Assembly: GCF_009914755.1 (NCBI RefSeq)
Contig: NC_060926.1
DNA: 64,000 nt
Source of the DNA: the human T2T-CHM13v2.0 reference genome, Homo sapiens
Strand: one strand, 5' to 3'
In this document: piece by piece, positions 28,446 through 46,842 of the stretch
Layout: every line of letters begins with the position of its first letter
Position numbering within the stretch: position 1 is the first letter of the stretch
Made by a program: the position numbers and the translations under genes
Notes under the pieces: model-generated
The model's database searches: none
Seen by the model: the letters and a program-made list of their open reading frames with translations, nothing else
Told to the model about the DNA's origin: nothing

Positions 28446-28483
28446 GTAAGTGCAGTTAATGTTCTGAATCCAGAAAGGAAGTC

Positions 28484-28528
28484 ATGCCATGTGCTTAATT
28501 TTATGCCACGTGCTTAATTTTATGCCAC
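28484..28528. repeat. 19-bp tandem duplication, about 2.4 copies
   Basis: atgcca(t/c)gtgcttaatttt twice, plus atgccac. Confidence 0.85.
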
Positions 28529-31500
28529 AAATATTACCAACATGTCCTTGAGCACAGATTTGTTCTCTTCCCTAATGCAAATGTAAATGAAAAAACTGAA
28601 GGAATCCAGATGCCTTTAAGAAATCTGAGACTTCCTGAAGGAAGGGACAGATTAAAAAACACTTGTAAGTAGATGGCATTTGCACTCAAGAATATTTATT
28701 TGTCTGGAAAACAGGAGAGATGCGTGTGAGTGTTAACTTAGCCAATAACCAGCTCTGTGGCCTTGGGCTAGGCCTTCGCCTCTCTGATTGTCAGTTTCCT
28801 CATCTGTAGATCATGAAGGTTGGATCTGCTTTCAACCCTATTACAGCATTTGTTTGAGGGACTCCACCCTGTGCTACAACCTATCCACCTATAGGTTAGA
28901 CGCCTAGAGAACATGGTGCTTTAGGTTGTATCTTCTCTTTTCTCCAAATAACCTTAGGCCCCTGCACTGGTACTGGAAAAACTCACCAGGCAATGGAGAA
29001 GAATGGGTGGGAAGAGAGACGGCCCCCATCAGTCAGCTGAGCACCTAGATGACTTTCGCCAACCTGCTCTATTATTATACTTAGGATAGAAATGGAGGGC
29101 TCGTGTTGACATCCAGTCTCAATCTTTCATTTGGCGGTAATAAATCACTCTTATTTCAGATATGAATAGGTTTCTCACTGAAACAGATACATAGATATTG
29201 ATAATAAACAATCAAAAGAACAAGCGTGCATAATCTTAAATTTATACACACATCTTAAATAGGTAGCCTTTTGACCAAGAATCATTGAGGGCAGGATGGG
29301 TATCATGCCTTCTACAAAGGACCAGTGGGTGTGGAAGGGGTGACGGAAGTGGAAACCATCATAACCTTTGGTGCCTATTGCTTAGAAGTGCGGTCACAGC
29401 TTACTCACCCTCCTGAAAAGAAAAACTATCCATACCTGACAACACCCGCGGGGTCTCCAGCGCCTTCAGAGGTTTTATTTTAACAAAGTTTGCTCTATCA
29501 AAGAGATCAATATTAATTTTTGAGTTGTCAAGAGAAATAAATAAAATGCTTTATTTTCATAAGAACCTACATTTGTGTTTTTAGAATTTAATTCCGATAA
29601 CACATTTGATACTACCTTCTATTCCTGTCAGGAAAAATTAATAGATGAGTTAACTGGCACTTGTATGTAGTCACACTCAATTAGATAAAAATAACCCATT
29701 GCTGCAAATGTCACCTCTCAAGCTCAGGTGATCTATCTTGAAGTTTTTGAGTTGAAATAAGAAAAGTGCGGTTTTAGGGGGTATTTTCTGGTTTCAAAAT
29801 GCCAACCCTTTTTCATTCCTGTGTTACTTTTTACAGATAGCCAATGGATGACAGGTTTTACTAGAGAGGAAACATACGCGTTTTAATGCCAAATGTCCTT
29901 AGTCAGTTTTACTGGGAGGCTCAAAGCTTGATGTGTTATCTTGCATTAAAAATAGCTGCTTTAAAAGCTTGTATATAGCAAGCTTTATAGTATAATATGA
30001 AAATAAGATGATAAATATGTCAGGGAAAAGAAAAATGGCGTGAGAATAGTGTTGCTGATGAGAGCATGGATTAGAGAACAAATGTTGCAGGGAAGGAAGA
30101 AGAATAAAGACGCCTTCCCCCAAAACATTTTCCCCACATACTCCCAATGTGATCGCCATTCACAAGCAAGAGTTTACCCCCATGCTTTTCAGTTTTACTA
30201 TCTAAAAAATCCCTTGTGTCTGCCTTTTTCACGGGGTTCTTATTAATTTGGAGCACTTAGGGAAATGTGTGTGTTTTCCACTGTTTTATGCTCACATAAG
30301 CTAATCTATCATCTTCGCCCTCCCCCAGCAGCAGGGTGGAGTGGAAAGCGCAATGCACCGCTGACAGGTGATCTGAATTCGGGCCTCAGCTCCTCTGTGT
30401 GACCTTAAGCCAGTCACTTAACCTCTCCTTGTAAGTGCTGCCATCTGCATAGCAAGAGGGTCAGACTAGATGATTTATTAGGGCTCTGCCAGCCCTGGCG
30501 TCCTGTAATTCAGTGACCAGCTCTGTATTCAGAAGACATCCAGTAAATGAATGTGGGACTAACAGACCAGATAACTGCCTTTCCCTTCCTTTCAGTCTCA
30601 GGGTCCCAAGGAGGTGGGGTGATCAATGACGAATTGATGTGTTGCACAGCGGTGATACAACCATCCGTGGAGCGTGGGAAACAAAACAAATGAGAGGGCG
30701 GCCCGAGAAGGGTATGATGAGGCTGAGGGGGAGACACATTTATTCAGCAGAAACTGCTGTTGGTTTCACTTGCCCAGCTTCCTCTCCTGGATGGTCCCCT
30801 TCAATCCCCGCTGTATGCATGAGAGCACACAGAGGAAGGAAGTGGGGCATCCTGGTGATTTGGGTTCTCACCAGATTCTAACGCCCTCTTTGCTCCCCCT
30901 TAAAATCATCCCTGCACTCTTGGAATCACAGGCTGAGGCCTTGAGAGCACCTGATTCTACCTCTTTGTGTTGTAGTGAGGAAATGAGGCCCTACAAACAA
31001 ATGACCGCCTCATCAAGAACTAGCACTGGAAGGAGAGACTCAAGTTGAGAAGGACCTGGCCAAGGGAGGAGGACTCCGGAGCTCAGAACTGCTCCTTCCC
31101 TCCCTTCTCCCCTCTGTTACCACTGCCCCTGGTCCACACAGCTTCCTGGAAGATTCCTTCCTTGGGTTTCCTTAGGAGAGCTGAGTCAGAATTTAGACTT
31201 ATAAATTTAGAACTTGAAAGACAAATTTAGAAGTTAAAAGACTCATACTAAATATTAACTGGGAAAAAGGCAAAGAAAAATATAAGACCTATAAAAATGG
31301 TCTCATTTACAAAATGCAACACATCTTGACTCCTCAATCTCCTACTCAAAGACGTTTTGGGTACACGGAACAGAAAACCACTCCAGGTAGCCCAGGTGAA
31401 GGGAGATTCGTGGAAAGGAAAGTGTTCACAGGACTGATGAGACATTGGCCATCCCCTTCCCCTCCTCTGCCTGCATCTCTACACCTCTCTGCCTCTCCAT

Positions 31501-32561
31501 TCTGATCTTCTCTCAGCTGACCAGCATCCTCTGCCGGGCTCTTGGTTTCTGCTCCTTCATAACTTCACTTTGCACTGGCTGAGATCCTACCTCTGGTCTG
31601 GGCCCAACAGAAGTTTTAACCACCATGGAACTGGGCAAGCACCCTCTCCCATGTTCTCCACCTGCGGGACCCATAACTCACAATCACGTTAACCTGTCAG
31701 CAACCACAGCATTCCTACCACACTCATCACACGCCTCCAGGAATAGAGGCAGCTTTTGATACAGAGTCAGAGAGGTTGACTGACTTTCCCAAGAACACAC
31801 AGCTAAATGCATGACTGGGGCAGAGGACAAATATTAGTCTTGAGTTAATCCCTAAAATGTCAAACAAAATTGTCGTGAAAGCAGAGATTTCGCTCATCTG
31901 CCAGGAAAGAGTCTGGTAATTGCTACTTTTCACCTCCTGAAGACTGAGACATCGTGTGTGGACAAAAGGCCAAGGATCAAGCCCCTGTCTTGCACATGAA
32001 TTCTAAGTTCAAATTATACAACCAAAAGGCTTATAATTGCACCTAATACCAACAGGAACACGGAAAGAGTCAATGAAAGAACAGCCAGGGCAAGCCATTA
32101 GGTGAACTCTAGTAACGTGGCCAAACACCTTGCATTTCAGCTGCATCCCAGACTCACAGGTGCTAAATGTCCTCCAGACCTTCACTACACTTTCATTTCA
32201 GGCCCCCATTTCAGTATAAATGGAACATAATTGCACACGTTCTTTGTAATCAACCCTAGGATATCAAAATTGGAAACAGTTGTGGGATGAAGGGAACTGT
32301 TGGTTTTTTCTTCATTTGAAAATCAAATAGACTTTTCCTTGCTCATGAGTCTATAATAGCTGTCCTGTGGTTTAGTGAGTGGCTCTGACTTGGCCGCATC
32401 TCCTCAGTCTTCTCACTTCTCAGCCCACCCAACCTCAGCCCGTGGACTGAAGACTCGTGGTCATGCATTCAGCTGGGCAGAGCAGCTTCCATAGGTCGGC
32501 TGAGCCACCTAATGCAGGACAGTCAGAGTTGAGGGGAAGAAGCAAAATGCCGTGTCTGGTA

Positions 32562-33061
32562 TGTTAGGCAAAATAATGACCCCGAAGTTGTCAATGTCCA
32601 AATCCCTGGAAACCGTGAATGTTTTACCTCACACAGCAGAAGGGACTTTGCAGATGTGATTAAAGTTAACAACTCTGAGATGGGGGGGTTCTCCCGGATT
32701 ATAGGGATGTTGCAGTGTAGCCACACGTGTCCTTAGAAGTGGAGAAGCTTTCCCAGCTATTGTCATTCAAAGGGAGGTGTGACGATGGAAGCATAGTCAG
32801 AGAGATGTGACATTGCTAGCTTTGAAGATGGAGGAAAGGGACATGAGCAAGAAGTGCAGGCATCCTCTAGAAGCTGGGAAACACCAGGAAACAGATTCTC
32901 CCTGGAGCCTCTAGAGAGGGGCACAGCTCTGGCCACACCTTGGTTTCAGCCATGGAGACCCACGTCGGACTTGGGACCTCCGGAACTCTCAACTAAGTGT
33001 GTGTTGTTTAAGCCACCAAGTTTATGATCATTTGTTACAACAGCAATAGGAAGCTAATACA
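32562..33061 (+). mobile_element. MaLR solo LTR (MLT1-type)
   Basis: gggactttgcagatgtgattaa; ttaagccaccaagttt...tttgttaca...aggaagctaataca end. Confidence 0.85.
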
Positions 33062-36000
33062 ACTGGCAACGAGGACCACTCTGTCTCATTCTCTGAGTCT
33101 GCAGCCAAAAAAAAAGGGAGTGGGAGGGGCTGGGGCATGAAATGCAGCTGGGATGGGGGCTGGCAGAGGTGAATTACAGCACCCACCCTCAGACTTCAGA
33201 GCAGGAAGGGGCTGTCTGGGCCTTGACTTCACGTTGGCATTACCTGGGGAGCTTTTTAAAATGCTGATGCCTGGGTCCTGCCTCAGACCTATTAAACCAG
33301 AATCTGGCAAGGGGATGAGACCCAGAGCTTGGTATTTTAATCTGTAATTCTCAAGATCTCAGAACAGCTCCCCGTCACCTGCCTGGCCTGATTTTCCAGG
33401 GCCTAGTGCCCCTTGCCAAGACCCCACCATGCCACTTCTCTCCTCTCTGAGAGACAGGCAGGTAAGGCCCACAAGCCGCACTCCTCAGGAACACAGAGTC
33501 TCAAGACCAAGTGAACTGTGAATACAATATGCCCAAGAATCATAAGATTCTGAGGTTTTTCTTCTGCCTCCCATGCTTTTATTTCCCTATCATGCAGGGC
33601 TCCTGGAGGTACATACAAACGACTGCGCTTGACTTCCACCCCTCCCCTTTCAGCTCTCCTCACACATCCACTGGGTTTATCTGGGGTCCCTGAGATCAGT
33701 CTCCCCGCAGAGAAGCAGATGGGCACCCTGATGCCCAATAGAACCACCTGGGAGCTCCTAAAACTCCAGATGCCCAGACCAAACTTCACATCAGTTAAAT
33801 CAGATTTTCTGAGTGTAGAGCCCAGGTATCATTATTTTTTAGAGTTCCCCAGCTGATTCTGTGGTGCAACCAGAGTGAAGACCGGAATATTCTCATGGGC
33901 CTGTGCTGTCCTCCAGTGAAGCCCAGTCCCCCAGTGACCCCTGACCCCCACAGTGGCCAGTCCAGAGGGCTGGGGGAGCTCCACCCTCCTCCCTTTCTCT
34001 GCCTTTCATTTCCCTTCTCTAGACTTCTTATTTATTTTCCTCCTTTCATCTTATCACTGGAAGCCCCATTGCTGATTTTTATTATTATTATTATTACTAA
34101 AGCATCCTCTAAGACATTGCTACTCAAAGTGTGATCCACAGTATCATCTGGGAGGCTGTTAGAAATGCAGAACCTCAGACCTCACTCGGGTTCTACAGAG
34201 TCAGACTCTACATTTTAACAAGATCCCCAGGTGATCAGATGCACATCTGAGCTTGGGAAGCTCTGTTGCCAAGATGCCCCACTTCCCCAGCACTCACTGA
34301 GCCCTGTGATGTGGTTGCAGATTAGCAGCTGGTGAGCCAGTTTGTTCAGGAGTGGCTCTCAGATCAGCATATTGCACGTGATTCACATTTACTCCAGCAG
34401 GAAGAGGTTCATGCAGCTCAATTTTCTACCCTTTTTGGTAGATGAGTGGAATTCTCATAGTTATTGCAGAAAAAAAAACCCCACTCACTTAAAAATGAAA
34501 TTTGATTATTAAGACCCTGCTCCTCCTTCTCTGATGGTGGGAAATGTGGAAAAGACCAGTTCCCATTCATCGAGGGCTAGTTGTGCAAAGTCCCTGAGCA
34601 GATTGGCCCAGGACGCTGCACCCTGGGCTGGTCATAGCTGCTCTAGCAGAGCTCATAGCTGTCTGAAGGGATGGGAGCAGAATGATTTTCCATCTGAACC
34701 AGGTAATACCCTCAAGGGACAAGTCTGCAGCCACTGTCGTGTGACCTGAAACATCCTCCTGATCTTACAGGCATGGTCCATCTCATTGACTAAGTCCATA
34801 AAGCATCACATATTAGCTAGTAAAACAATTAAAAGGCTAAATAGTTATGTTATTTGATTGTAACCTTAAGTTGATGGCTTGTTTGAGAAAATAGTTTAGA
34901 AAAGTTCTTGTTGGAGGGAATTATGATTAGTTAATATTTCTCTACTGGCACAAAAATCCATTTGAGAGGCTCATTCTGTGTGACTCAGAGTGTCATGGGG
35001 TAAACCAGTAGACCCTGGGGCTTAAACAGAATAGGTACTTTAGGACTGAAAGGGCCTCAGAAGCCTTCTAGAATCCAGAGCTTTACAAACTTTCCTGAGA
35101 ATAAGAATCACCTGGATCTCCCAGCCCCATGGATTTTCTTTCAAGGAGAGGAATGGTAACCTATATAGTTTAGTAAGTGCCTTAGGTGAGTTTTATCATC
35201 AGGTATGTCTGGAAACACTGATGATCCATCCAATTTCCCTGTCCCTAGCCCTCAAGCCTTCCTAGGAATCAAACACCTGTGCCCATTTCTGACAGGTGTT
35301 TGCTTCTTAAACCCTTGCAGCGTAGCCATTTACTGTTACACAAATTCCTTCTTTTTAGGCATGGCCAACTTCTGGCTCCCTGTCATTCCTCTTCATTAAT
35401 CCTAGGTCTTCCTCCAAACACAGAACAATCTAAATTTTCTCTTTGAGCTAACAACCTCTATGTTTTCTTCTCTTATTTTCAAAGGAAATCTTTGATATTC
35501 CCTAGAAAAAAAATTTAGTGTTTGCATTTAATAAGAACCTGTAATAAAATTACAAATTAAAAGATTGCTTGCATAAAAATTTAGTGGCATACCTCTTTGA
35601 ACTTTTAGTCTCCAAGTCTGAAGAGTAACCAGGCTAATCAGGCCATCAACCTATGTATCTCGGAAAAGGACACATATACGCTGGTCCTGAGACCTGCCAC
35701 GGACTGCAGATTCATGATTTCTTATTCATTATTATGATTAGAGTGAAATTTAACAAATATTTCTTAAATGTTTGCCATGTACTGCGCCCTTGGTCATTTG
35801 TGGAGGATCTGATGAAAAATTCATCTAAGTGGTTTGATTACGTTTGCCTTTAATTCCCTTGGTGGATGAGTTCCATGCCTTTGCCCCTAATTATAATTTT
35901 AGCAATCAGAAAGGGTTTCAGAGGTCCTCTGATCCAACCTTTCGATCTATTTAAATAAATAAATGTGGTAGAGGTTCTGTTCTTTAGGACCTCACAATCC

Positions 36001-36316
36001 ATCCAGGGAGGCAATATTTTTAAAAGAAATACCGTTAAAAAAATTAGAAGCACCTATTCATTCATTATATGAGTAGCTCATCTGTATGCCTCTGAAGATG
36101 GATTCATCATCTAGGATGTAATAGAAGCAAGGGGTGGTCAGTGTGGAGCTCAGAAGTAGAGTGTTCACCTCCACTGGGGATGAACCGAGAGAGGAGAGGA
36201 TGTTTGAGCTTCCTTTCTTCCATTTGTTTATTTCACAATTACCTATTTAGTACCTCCTGGATGCTAAGTACTAGGGATTGGAAGCTAGGAGAAAGTGCCT
36301 GTTCTCAAGTAGGTTA

Positions 36317-37653
<1,337 letters not shown>

Positions 37654-37805
37654 TGTATGTGGTAGGGGAAAGAGACAGGGAATCGACAATTGCTCTATAA
37701 AGTGATCAACATCAACCCAGCACCTTAATGATCAATATTAAGATATCAGGAAAATGACTAAGTGAAGAGGTTCAACATTAAATACTTTTTTTCTGTAAAA
37801 ACTTT

Positions 37806-37982
<177 letters not shown>

Positions 37983-39649
37983 TAAATTATTTGTCGATGA
38001 GCAACGTTTAATTTATGATTGGCTACTATTTCTTGACAGTCACCAGACACCCTCAGGAAATTGTGCAAAGTGAGAAAATCTAGCCCACAAATCATTTTCA
38101 AATGTAATTCAGTTTTTATAAATTAAAAATTTTACTATTAATGTTTTACATTATAACTAATGTAAAAAATGTACAAATAACATTATGTTTGATGGACAAT
38201 TACATATTTATTATTGTCAGTGTCAATTTTGCAATTTTTCATTTTGTAGCCAATATGTTTTTTTGTTTCAACCAATTTTTTTTTTTTTTGGCTCTGAAAA
38301 TGTTGATAACCCTTGGTCACTAGAGGAAGATCCAGACTTTAAGGACTCTGAAGCTTATACAGTTTGGGGGCTCTCTTAAGGTGAAGATCACAAAATGACA
38401 AATACTGTACACAATTAGACGTCTTGGAAGAGGCATTATAACTTCTTAGTTAATCTGTTTCTGTGAAACACTTAGAGCCAACTGGATAAAACATCCACTG
38501 CAGAAGCTGCCCTGGTTAGGACCAGGTAGGAAACTCTGGCAATATTCAGGAAAGAGATGAAAGCCCAAACTTGGGGACGGAAAGGATGGGAGAAATGTGA
38601 GAGATATTTAGAGGTAGGTCTGACAGGACGTGGTATTTGATGAGGAGAGTGTCAGGAACACACACTGCTGGATGACTGAGTGAGTCAGAGAGGAAGGCAG
38701 ATGGGGAGATGGGTGGTTGGGTGGATCAGGCTTGGAAGATAAACGACTTCAGGTTTGGAAATATCTAACCTGAGGTGCCTTCCAGAGGAAGCTGTATGGA
38801 AGCCATTTTATGTATATGTGAGGTTCAAGAAAGGGGACCAACCAGTGCACAGACAGCTTTTGGCACATGAATGGTCTGTGAGTCCTGGGAGTTGATGAAA
38901 TCTCCCAGGGATGTGCATAGCCAAGAAGAGATGCATGATGGGGCTAGCACCCTATGGAACACCAAAGTTTAGAGGTTTAGAGATGCACAGAAATAGAACA
39001 AAGAAATGTTAATGCTGTTAATTGAGTGCCTGTAGGCGCCACATATTATGCACGGTGTTGGTTAGAGAAAGCTGAGTCAGGCAGAGAGATTGTCAGCTGG
39101 GGCTGGGGGTAAGGGAGATGGGTCGCTGAGCTTGGAGGGTGGGCATGATTGGGGCTTTCCAGATGAGGGAAGAAGTGAGCAAATGCACAAAGCTAGAAAA
39201 GTGGGAAAGGGTGAACAGTTCATTTTGACTAGAACATGGAATATCCTAAAAAAGAGAGTGAAAGAGAGAATAAGAAAGAGAACAGCCTTAACATGATAGT
39301 TGGAAATTAAATTATGGATGCTTTGAAAGCCAAAACATCAAGTTTAGCAATGGGAATTTCTGATGATTTCCAAGCAGGGGAATTTTGCGGGCAGAACTGA
39401 GGACTGAAGGTTCCTCTAGCAGATGGCCACACAACTAACACTACAGAGACCAACACAGGGATTCTTAGGGGCAGCCAGAAGCATGGGGGCCAGGACTCCC
39501 GGTGTTACAGTAGACATACAGGGTAGGGAATAAAAGCGAATGAATGTATGTAGAGGAATGGCCAGGACCTGAGGGATGGGGGCTGATGGGCTGTATAAGT
39601 AAAAGTGTACATAGCATTTACTGAAATTGCTTTGTAAAAATATAAACCC

Positions 39650-40304
<655 letters not shown>

Positions 40305-40605
40305 TCATCCCTTGCCTTGTAAATAAGCCACCCTCTGGGGATAGCATAGATCATTTTGAGATAGAGAGCAGTTTGGAAAACAGGGATGGAGGAAAGGAAG
40401 CGGGGAGGCAGACACTTTCTCCTCTCTCCCAGGTCCTGGTGACTGGTTTCCTTGTGACTGCACCACTTGTCCCGGTCCGCATGGACTCACTAAGAATCAA
40501 CCCATGGTCAGCATCCTTGAGGTTCCCACCTGAAACTGCCCACAACCGCTTCTTCCTGGATCCATTTCTGGTGTTTGTAGAAAGGCTACTTTAAAAAGTT
40601 TTCTT

Positions 40606-40908
40606 GGCCAGGCATGGTGGCTCACATCTGTAATCTTGGCACTTTGGGAGGCCAAAACAGGACAATAAGCTGCTTGAGTCCACGCTTTTAAGACCAGCCA
40701 GGGGCAACATAGCAAGACCTTGTCTTTACAAAAAATGAAAAAATTTGCTGGGTGTGGTGGCATGCACCTGTGGTCTCACCTACTTGGGAGGCTGAGGTGG
40801 GAGGATGCTTGAGCCCAGGAAGTTGAGGCTGCAGTGAGCCAAGATGGGGCCACTGCACTCCAGGTTGAGCAACAGAACGAAACCCTGTCTCTGAAAAAAA
40901 AAAAAAAA
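40606..40908 (+). mobile_element. Alu (AluJ-like)
   Basis: Diverged dimer with A tail. Confidence 0.9.
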
Positions 40909-40942
40909 GTCTTCTCCTTCTTGAAAACTTAGTAGCCTCTAT

Positions 40943-41556
<614 letters not shown>

Positions 41557-42477
41557 CTAGCCTGGACTGACTACATAATGTGCAGGGCAGCTTGTTCAAA
41601 AATGATGAAGAATTTCAAGACGGCAGCAGCAGAGCACTATGCCAAGCCTGGGCCTTTCTGACTGAGGCTCTTCTGGAGCATGGAGCCCTGTGTGACTGCG
41701 CAGGTCTCACGCCCACGAAGTCAGCGCTGCCTGTGGCTGAGTGTCAGTGGTTTGTGAGATGTGATCTCACACCTCATCTTGGGTGCGATGCACACACACC
41801 CGCCCTCCTGCACGCCTCCACACCCTCCACTCCGCCGCTTCGTGGGGATTCATTTGTAGAGAGGGATTCTTACTGTGTTTTTCCACTGAATTCACTCCAA
41901 CTCCTCCCCAGTTAATCTTTTTCAGTCTTCAGCAAAATAGATGTTGACCTTCTAGATGAGTTTGAGTAGTGTCACCCGGTTGCAGGATGAGAAGCAGAGA
42001 GAGGTCTCCTTGGTACCACTATTCACGTGCAATTCCAGTGCTAAGGGTAACCCAGAGAGTGGCTGACAGCTGAGATTCTCTTTCTGGAGAGGGGGGTCTG
42101 GGGTAGGCTGAGAACGCTGAGCACTCCACAGATGGGATCCTGACATTTACAAAATCCCACTTGACAACAGTCCCGTTCATTAGCAATATGGGTGTTATAA
42201 CGATGTTTTCATCTACATGAGGAATCTGAAGCCCAGAGAAGTTGTCTCCTCAAGATCACACAGCCAGGAAATGGCACAGTCAACACACGCCTTCTGAGCC
42301 TTGAAATAGCCTCCTTTTCTCTACACACACCAGTCCACAATGGGACATTTTACAAGGCATAGCAGAAGGCTTTGAAGCAGCTTCTATTTGTATATAAAAG
42401 AATCAACCATGATCTCTGCCTTCCTCCAAAGGTATTAACTTTGCAGCTAATTTGTATTTCTTGTTCTGACTCTTCAG

Positions 42478-42581
42478 AGACAACCCTGCTACTCACTTTA
42501 ACCTCAAGACACACACGAATTCTCGAGATCTGAAGACAGCCATAGAGAAAATTACTCAGAGAGGAGGACTTTCTAATGTAG
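42478..42581 (+). CDS. VIT: VIT coding exon, 104 nt, phase 2-1, VWA1 (DNPATHFNLKTH...RGGLSNV)
   Basis: ttctgactcttcag|AGACAACC...AATGTAG|gtatgt; phases match both neighbouring exons. Confidence 0.96.
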
Positions 42582-42702
42582 GTATGTGATCCGGATTCAA
42601 ATTATACTATCTTGCTACCATCGTTCTCTTTCTACGTGATTGTCTTCTAACCATTCTATATAAAAGGAAAAAATAATAATAATCCGTCAAGAAATAACTT
42701 CT

Positions 42703-42972
42703 GGTCGGGCGTGGTGGTTCACACCTGTTATCCCAGCACTTTGGGAGGCTGAAGCTAGCAGATCACTTGAGGTCAGGAATTCAAGATCAGCCTGGCCAGC
42801 ATGGTTAAACCCTCTTTCTACTAAAAATACAAAAATTAGCTGGGTGTGGTGGCGGGTGCCTATAATCCCAGCTACTTGGGAGGCTGAGGTTGCAGTGAGC
42901 CAAGATGGCGCCACTGCACTCCAGCCTGGGTGGCAGAGCGAGACTCCATCTCAAAAAAAAAAAAAAAAGGAC
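42703..42972 (+). mobile_element. Alu (AluS) with a right-arm internal deletion
   Basis: gggaggctgag joined directly to gttgcagtgagc; TSD aagaaat(a/t)act(t/c)ct. Confidence 0.9.
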
Positions 42973-44971
42973 AAAGAAATTACTCCTGCAACATCTATAT
43001 CTTTTCTAAAGTTATCATGGCTTCAGAGGGCAAGAATCTTTAACACACACACACTGTACAGTCCCAGCATGCTTGGTTTGCAAGAAGGGGTAGCATTCTT
43101 CAGGGCAATCAAGTCTGCTGTCCTGACTATTTTTTTGTTGGCCTACAAGTCATCACTTGTTTCATTAAATTTTGTGACCAGTTAAGGAAGCCCCTCAGTG
43201 CCCCTTGAGAATCTTGTTCCAATCAACTACCGTTGTAGTGATGATTGTGCAAAGAGAAACATGTTCTCTGTTTCAAGCTAGGTCTTCTGTGATATCTGAG
43301 CCTTTGGGGTCTCACCAGAAATCCAAAGTCTAGTCCTCAGTGGGGCATGTCCAGAAATTCCATTTTATGTTTATCCAGAGTTGATTGGCCATTAGGAAAC
43401 AGTTTCACACTAACCAAGCTCAAAGACTGTCAAAGAGCCCATGCCAGTGTATTCATTTGTAAATGAAAGATTGGCTTTTTGGGCACTGGAGGGAGACTGT
43501 CCACCTCTCGGGGAAAGTGTTTCTGTCATCAAAATCCAAAGAAATGGAGTCATGAGCCACAGTTGCTTGGCTTAGAGTACATGCAGGGAATTGAGCTGTC
43601 TTTGAGGGAGCATCCTCAGAGTTACAGTAAATCCGATTAAAGATTTCCCTTCCCACTTCAGTGTATGTCTCTATAGTGACCAGAACATTAGTATCTAACA
43701 CATACAGAGCTTTTCACCTTTGAACAATGCTAAATAAACACTAGCCAAGTCACTCTCCATGCCCCCAAAGCAGTATTACCTTCATCACACACATGACAGA
43801 GTTGATTTCTGGTTTGTTTATAACTTAATGCTTACATTAGTAAAATCCCAGTGGAGACAAATGTCAGAAGGCACTCTCGTTCCTTGACGAGGTTAGCGAT
43901 GGGTCTCAATCCAATCAGCATACGTTTTTCAGTGGATGACATGTTCTGACTTTGCCTCTATATTGTCCAGAGTTTGGGTTCTGAGGACAGAATCCGTTCA
44001 ACTGATTCCAACAGAAAGGGTTGGAATTTCAGGCTATTAAGTAGTTTGGAGAATCACTGTAAGAACTGAAGAAGCAGACTGTAGGCTGAGCTTTAAGAGA
44101 TGATGTCTGAAGGCTTCCTGCAGAAGTAGGACCTCCAAGGGAGCTGCTCCTTCTTCCAAGATTAGGAAATCACTTTCTGAATTTTGCCATGGCAACCTCT
44201 TCAGAAACCTGCTTTGTCCAGGAAGCCAGCAGGATCAGGAGATCAGGAAGCTTCTTCTAGAGCTGCCAGCTCCAGAACCACGCCCTCCCTGTGCCATTCA
44301 CACCCACAACATGGATCTCCACACCCTGCCGCCCCAAACCACTGCAGCTAGCAACCAACCCCAAGCACCTCTGCGGACAGTATCCCAGAGAAGTCAGATA
44401 CTAAAGATATTTGTCAGCAGAAATATAAACAAAAGTACAGCCTCTGCCTCACTTTTATCTTCTAAATCTCATGCAAGTGCATCAATTCATGGAACTAAAA
44501 CAAAGCTAAATCCCTAGCTGCAAGGGAGTTTGGAAAATGTAGTTTTCTGATTTCCAGCCTCTATTTTCAAGACCCACTGGAAGGTGGATGGAATGTGTGT
44601 TGAGCACTATACACCATGGCCTCCAGATATAAGGTTAGGTGGGGTTGAGGGGATCTTCTCATGGCGTCTTGTGCTCTGCCCTATAGGTGCCTAATATTAG
44701 GCCAGAGAGGACTTCCGGGTGCTTTGTGCTTTGGGAAAAATTGTCCATTGGCTATAAAAGCAATTCTTAGCAGCCAAGGTTTTTCCTTAGCAAGTGGGTT
44801 CTGTGCAGCCAGTTCACATGGGTTTTCCAAGACATTTCTGCAGCATCTGTATATGTAACCATTTGATGCTCTCATTTGACAAGTAAGATAATACCAGCTA
44901 GTGGAGACAGGATGCTGGCCAAAATCAGAAATGCATTGAGTATAATACTACTAATCCTAAAGTCTAAAGAA

Positions 44972-45245
44972 GGTGCTTCTTAACTTTTATGGAGATTGAG
45001 GACTCCTTTGAGAATTCCGTGAAAGCTATGGCCCTTCTATCCAGACAGATACTTATATACACAAAATACTGTGTATAATTTCAAGTGCCCTGGGGTTCAC
45101 AGAGCCCAGGTTAAGAGCTCTGCCTACTCTATACAGCCATGCTGACTCTAGGGTGAACGGTCATCCCAGTTTTCCCAGAAAAACCTGGGGCTTTCAGTAC
45201 TAAAACTGGGAAAGTCCTGGCAAACTGAGACAATTGGTCATTGTC
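44972..45245. mobile_element. Two adjacent old hAT elements (Charlie-like about 44972-45122; Blackjack MER81/94-like about 45150-45245)
   Basis: cttaactttt...ggttaagagctctg; agggtgaac...cccagtttt...aaaactggg...ttggtca inverted structure. Confidence 0.45.
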
Positions 45246-45726
45246 TAGTTGACTCTGAAAATTTCCTGAAGCCCTTCTCAGTGTGAAATATGCACTTGGA
45301 AAAGTCATGGCAGGAGGCTTTGTAGCACTTCATGGCTGCTGCACTCAGCTGAAGTAGATTGCTGTTATGGAAAGCTAGGCCCAGAGATGTAGGGTGACCT
45401 ACTCAGGGCCACACAGCTAGCAGGTAGCACAGCCAGGGCTAGAACACAGTCTGTCAGTTCCCAGTGGGTGCAACTCTTCCCTGCCCAACCAGACCTGTGC
45501 CCTTGGCCTGGAACTGGAGGAAAAACACTCCTGACCCCAGAACACAGCTCTGTACAGCCAGCAGGAGCCTCAGGCTCACCCCAGGCTGCAGGGGGCCAAG
45601 AAGAGGCTACTGTCACTCCAGGTCAACTCCTCCCACCCTACACTCTTGGAAACAACATGGGGCTGGCTTAGGGGCTTAGTGTGGGTCCAGCAGAAAAGGG
45701 GCACTTCTGTTCGCATGAAAGTCTTT

Positions 45727-46029
<303 letters not shown>

Positions 46030-46197
46030 TCACCTGCTTGCTGTCCCTAAAACTTTCTTCAAAGCGGAGACAATTAGAAGTTGAAGGCTTGAAATGAAAC
46101 CAAAATGGACAGTGGTAACGGCTGCACATTGTGAACGTACTTAATGCCACTGAATTGTACACATAAAAATAGTTGAAGTGATTTTAAAAAAGTAACA

Positions 46198-46567
<370 letters not shown>

Positions 46568-46615
46568 TTATAATCAGCGTGATCACTCCAAGCATGAATT
46601 TTCTTTTTCTTCCAG

Positions 46616-46842
46616 GTCGGGCCATCTCCTTTGTGACCAAGAACTTCTTTTCCAAAGCCAATGGAAACAGAAGCGGGGCTCCCAATGTGGTGGTGGTGAT
46701 GGTGGATGGCTGGCCCACGGACAAAGTGGAGGAGGCTTCAAGACTTGCGAGAGAGTCAGGAATCAACATTTTCTTCATCACCATTGAAGGTGCTGCTGAA
46801 AATGAGAAGCAGTATGTGGTGGAGCCCAACTTTGCAAACAAG
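46616..46842 (+). CDS. VIT: VIT coding exon, 227 nt, phase 1-0, end of VWA1 (RAISFVTKNFF...VMVDGWP...PNFANK)
   Basis: ttctttttcttccag|GTCGGGCC...AACAAG|gtagat; contains an NRS sequon. Confidence 0.97.
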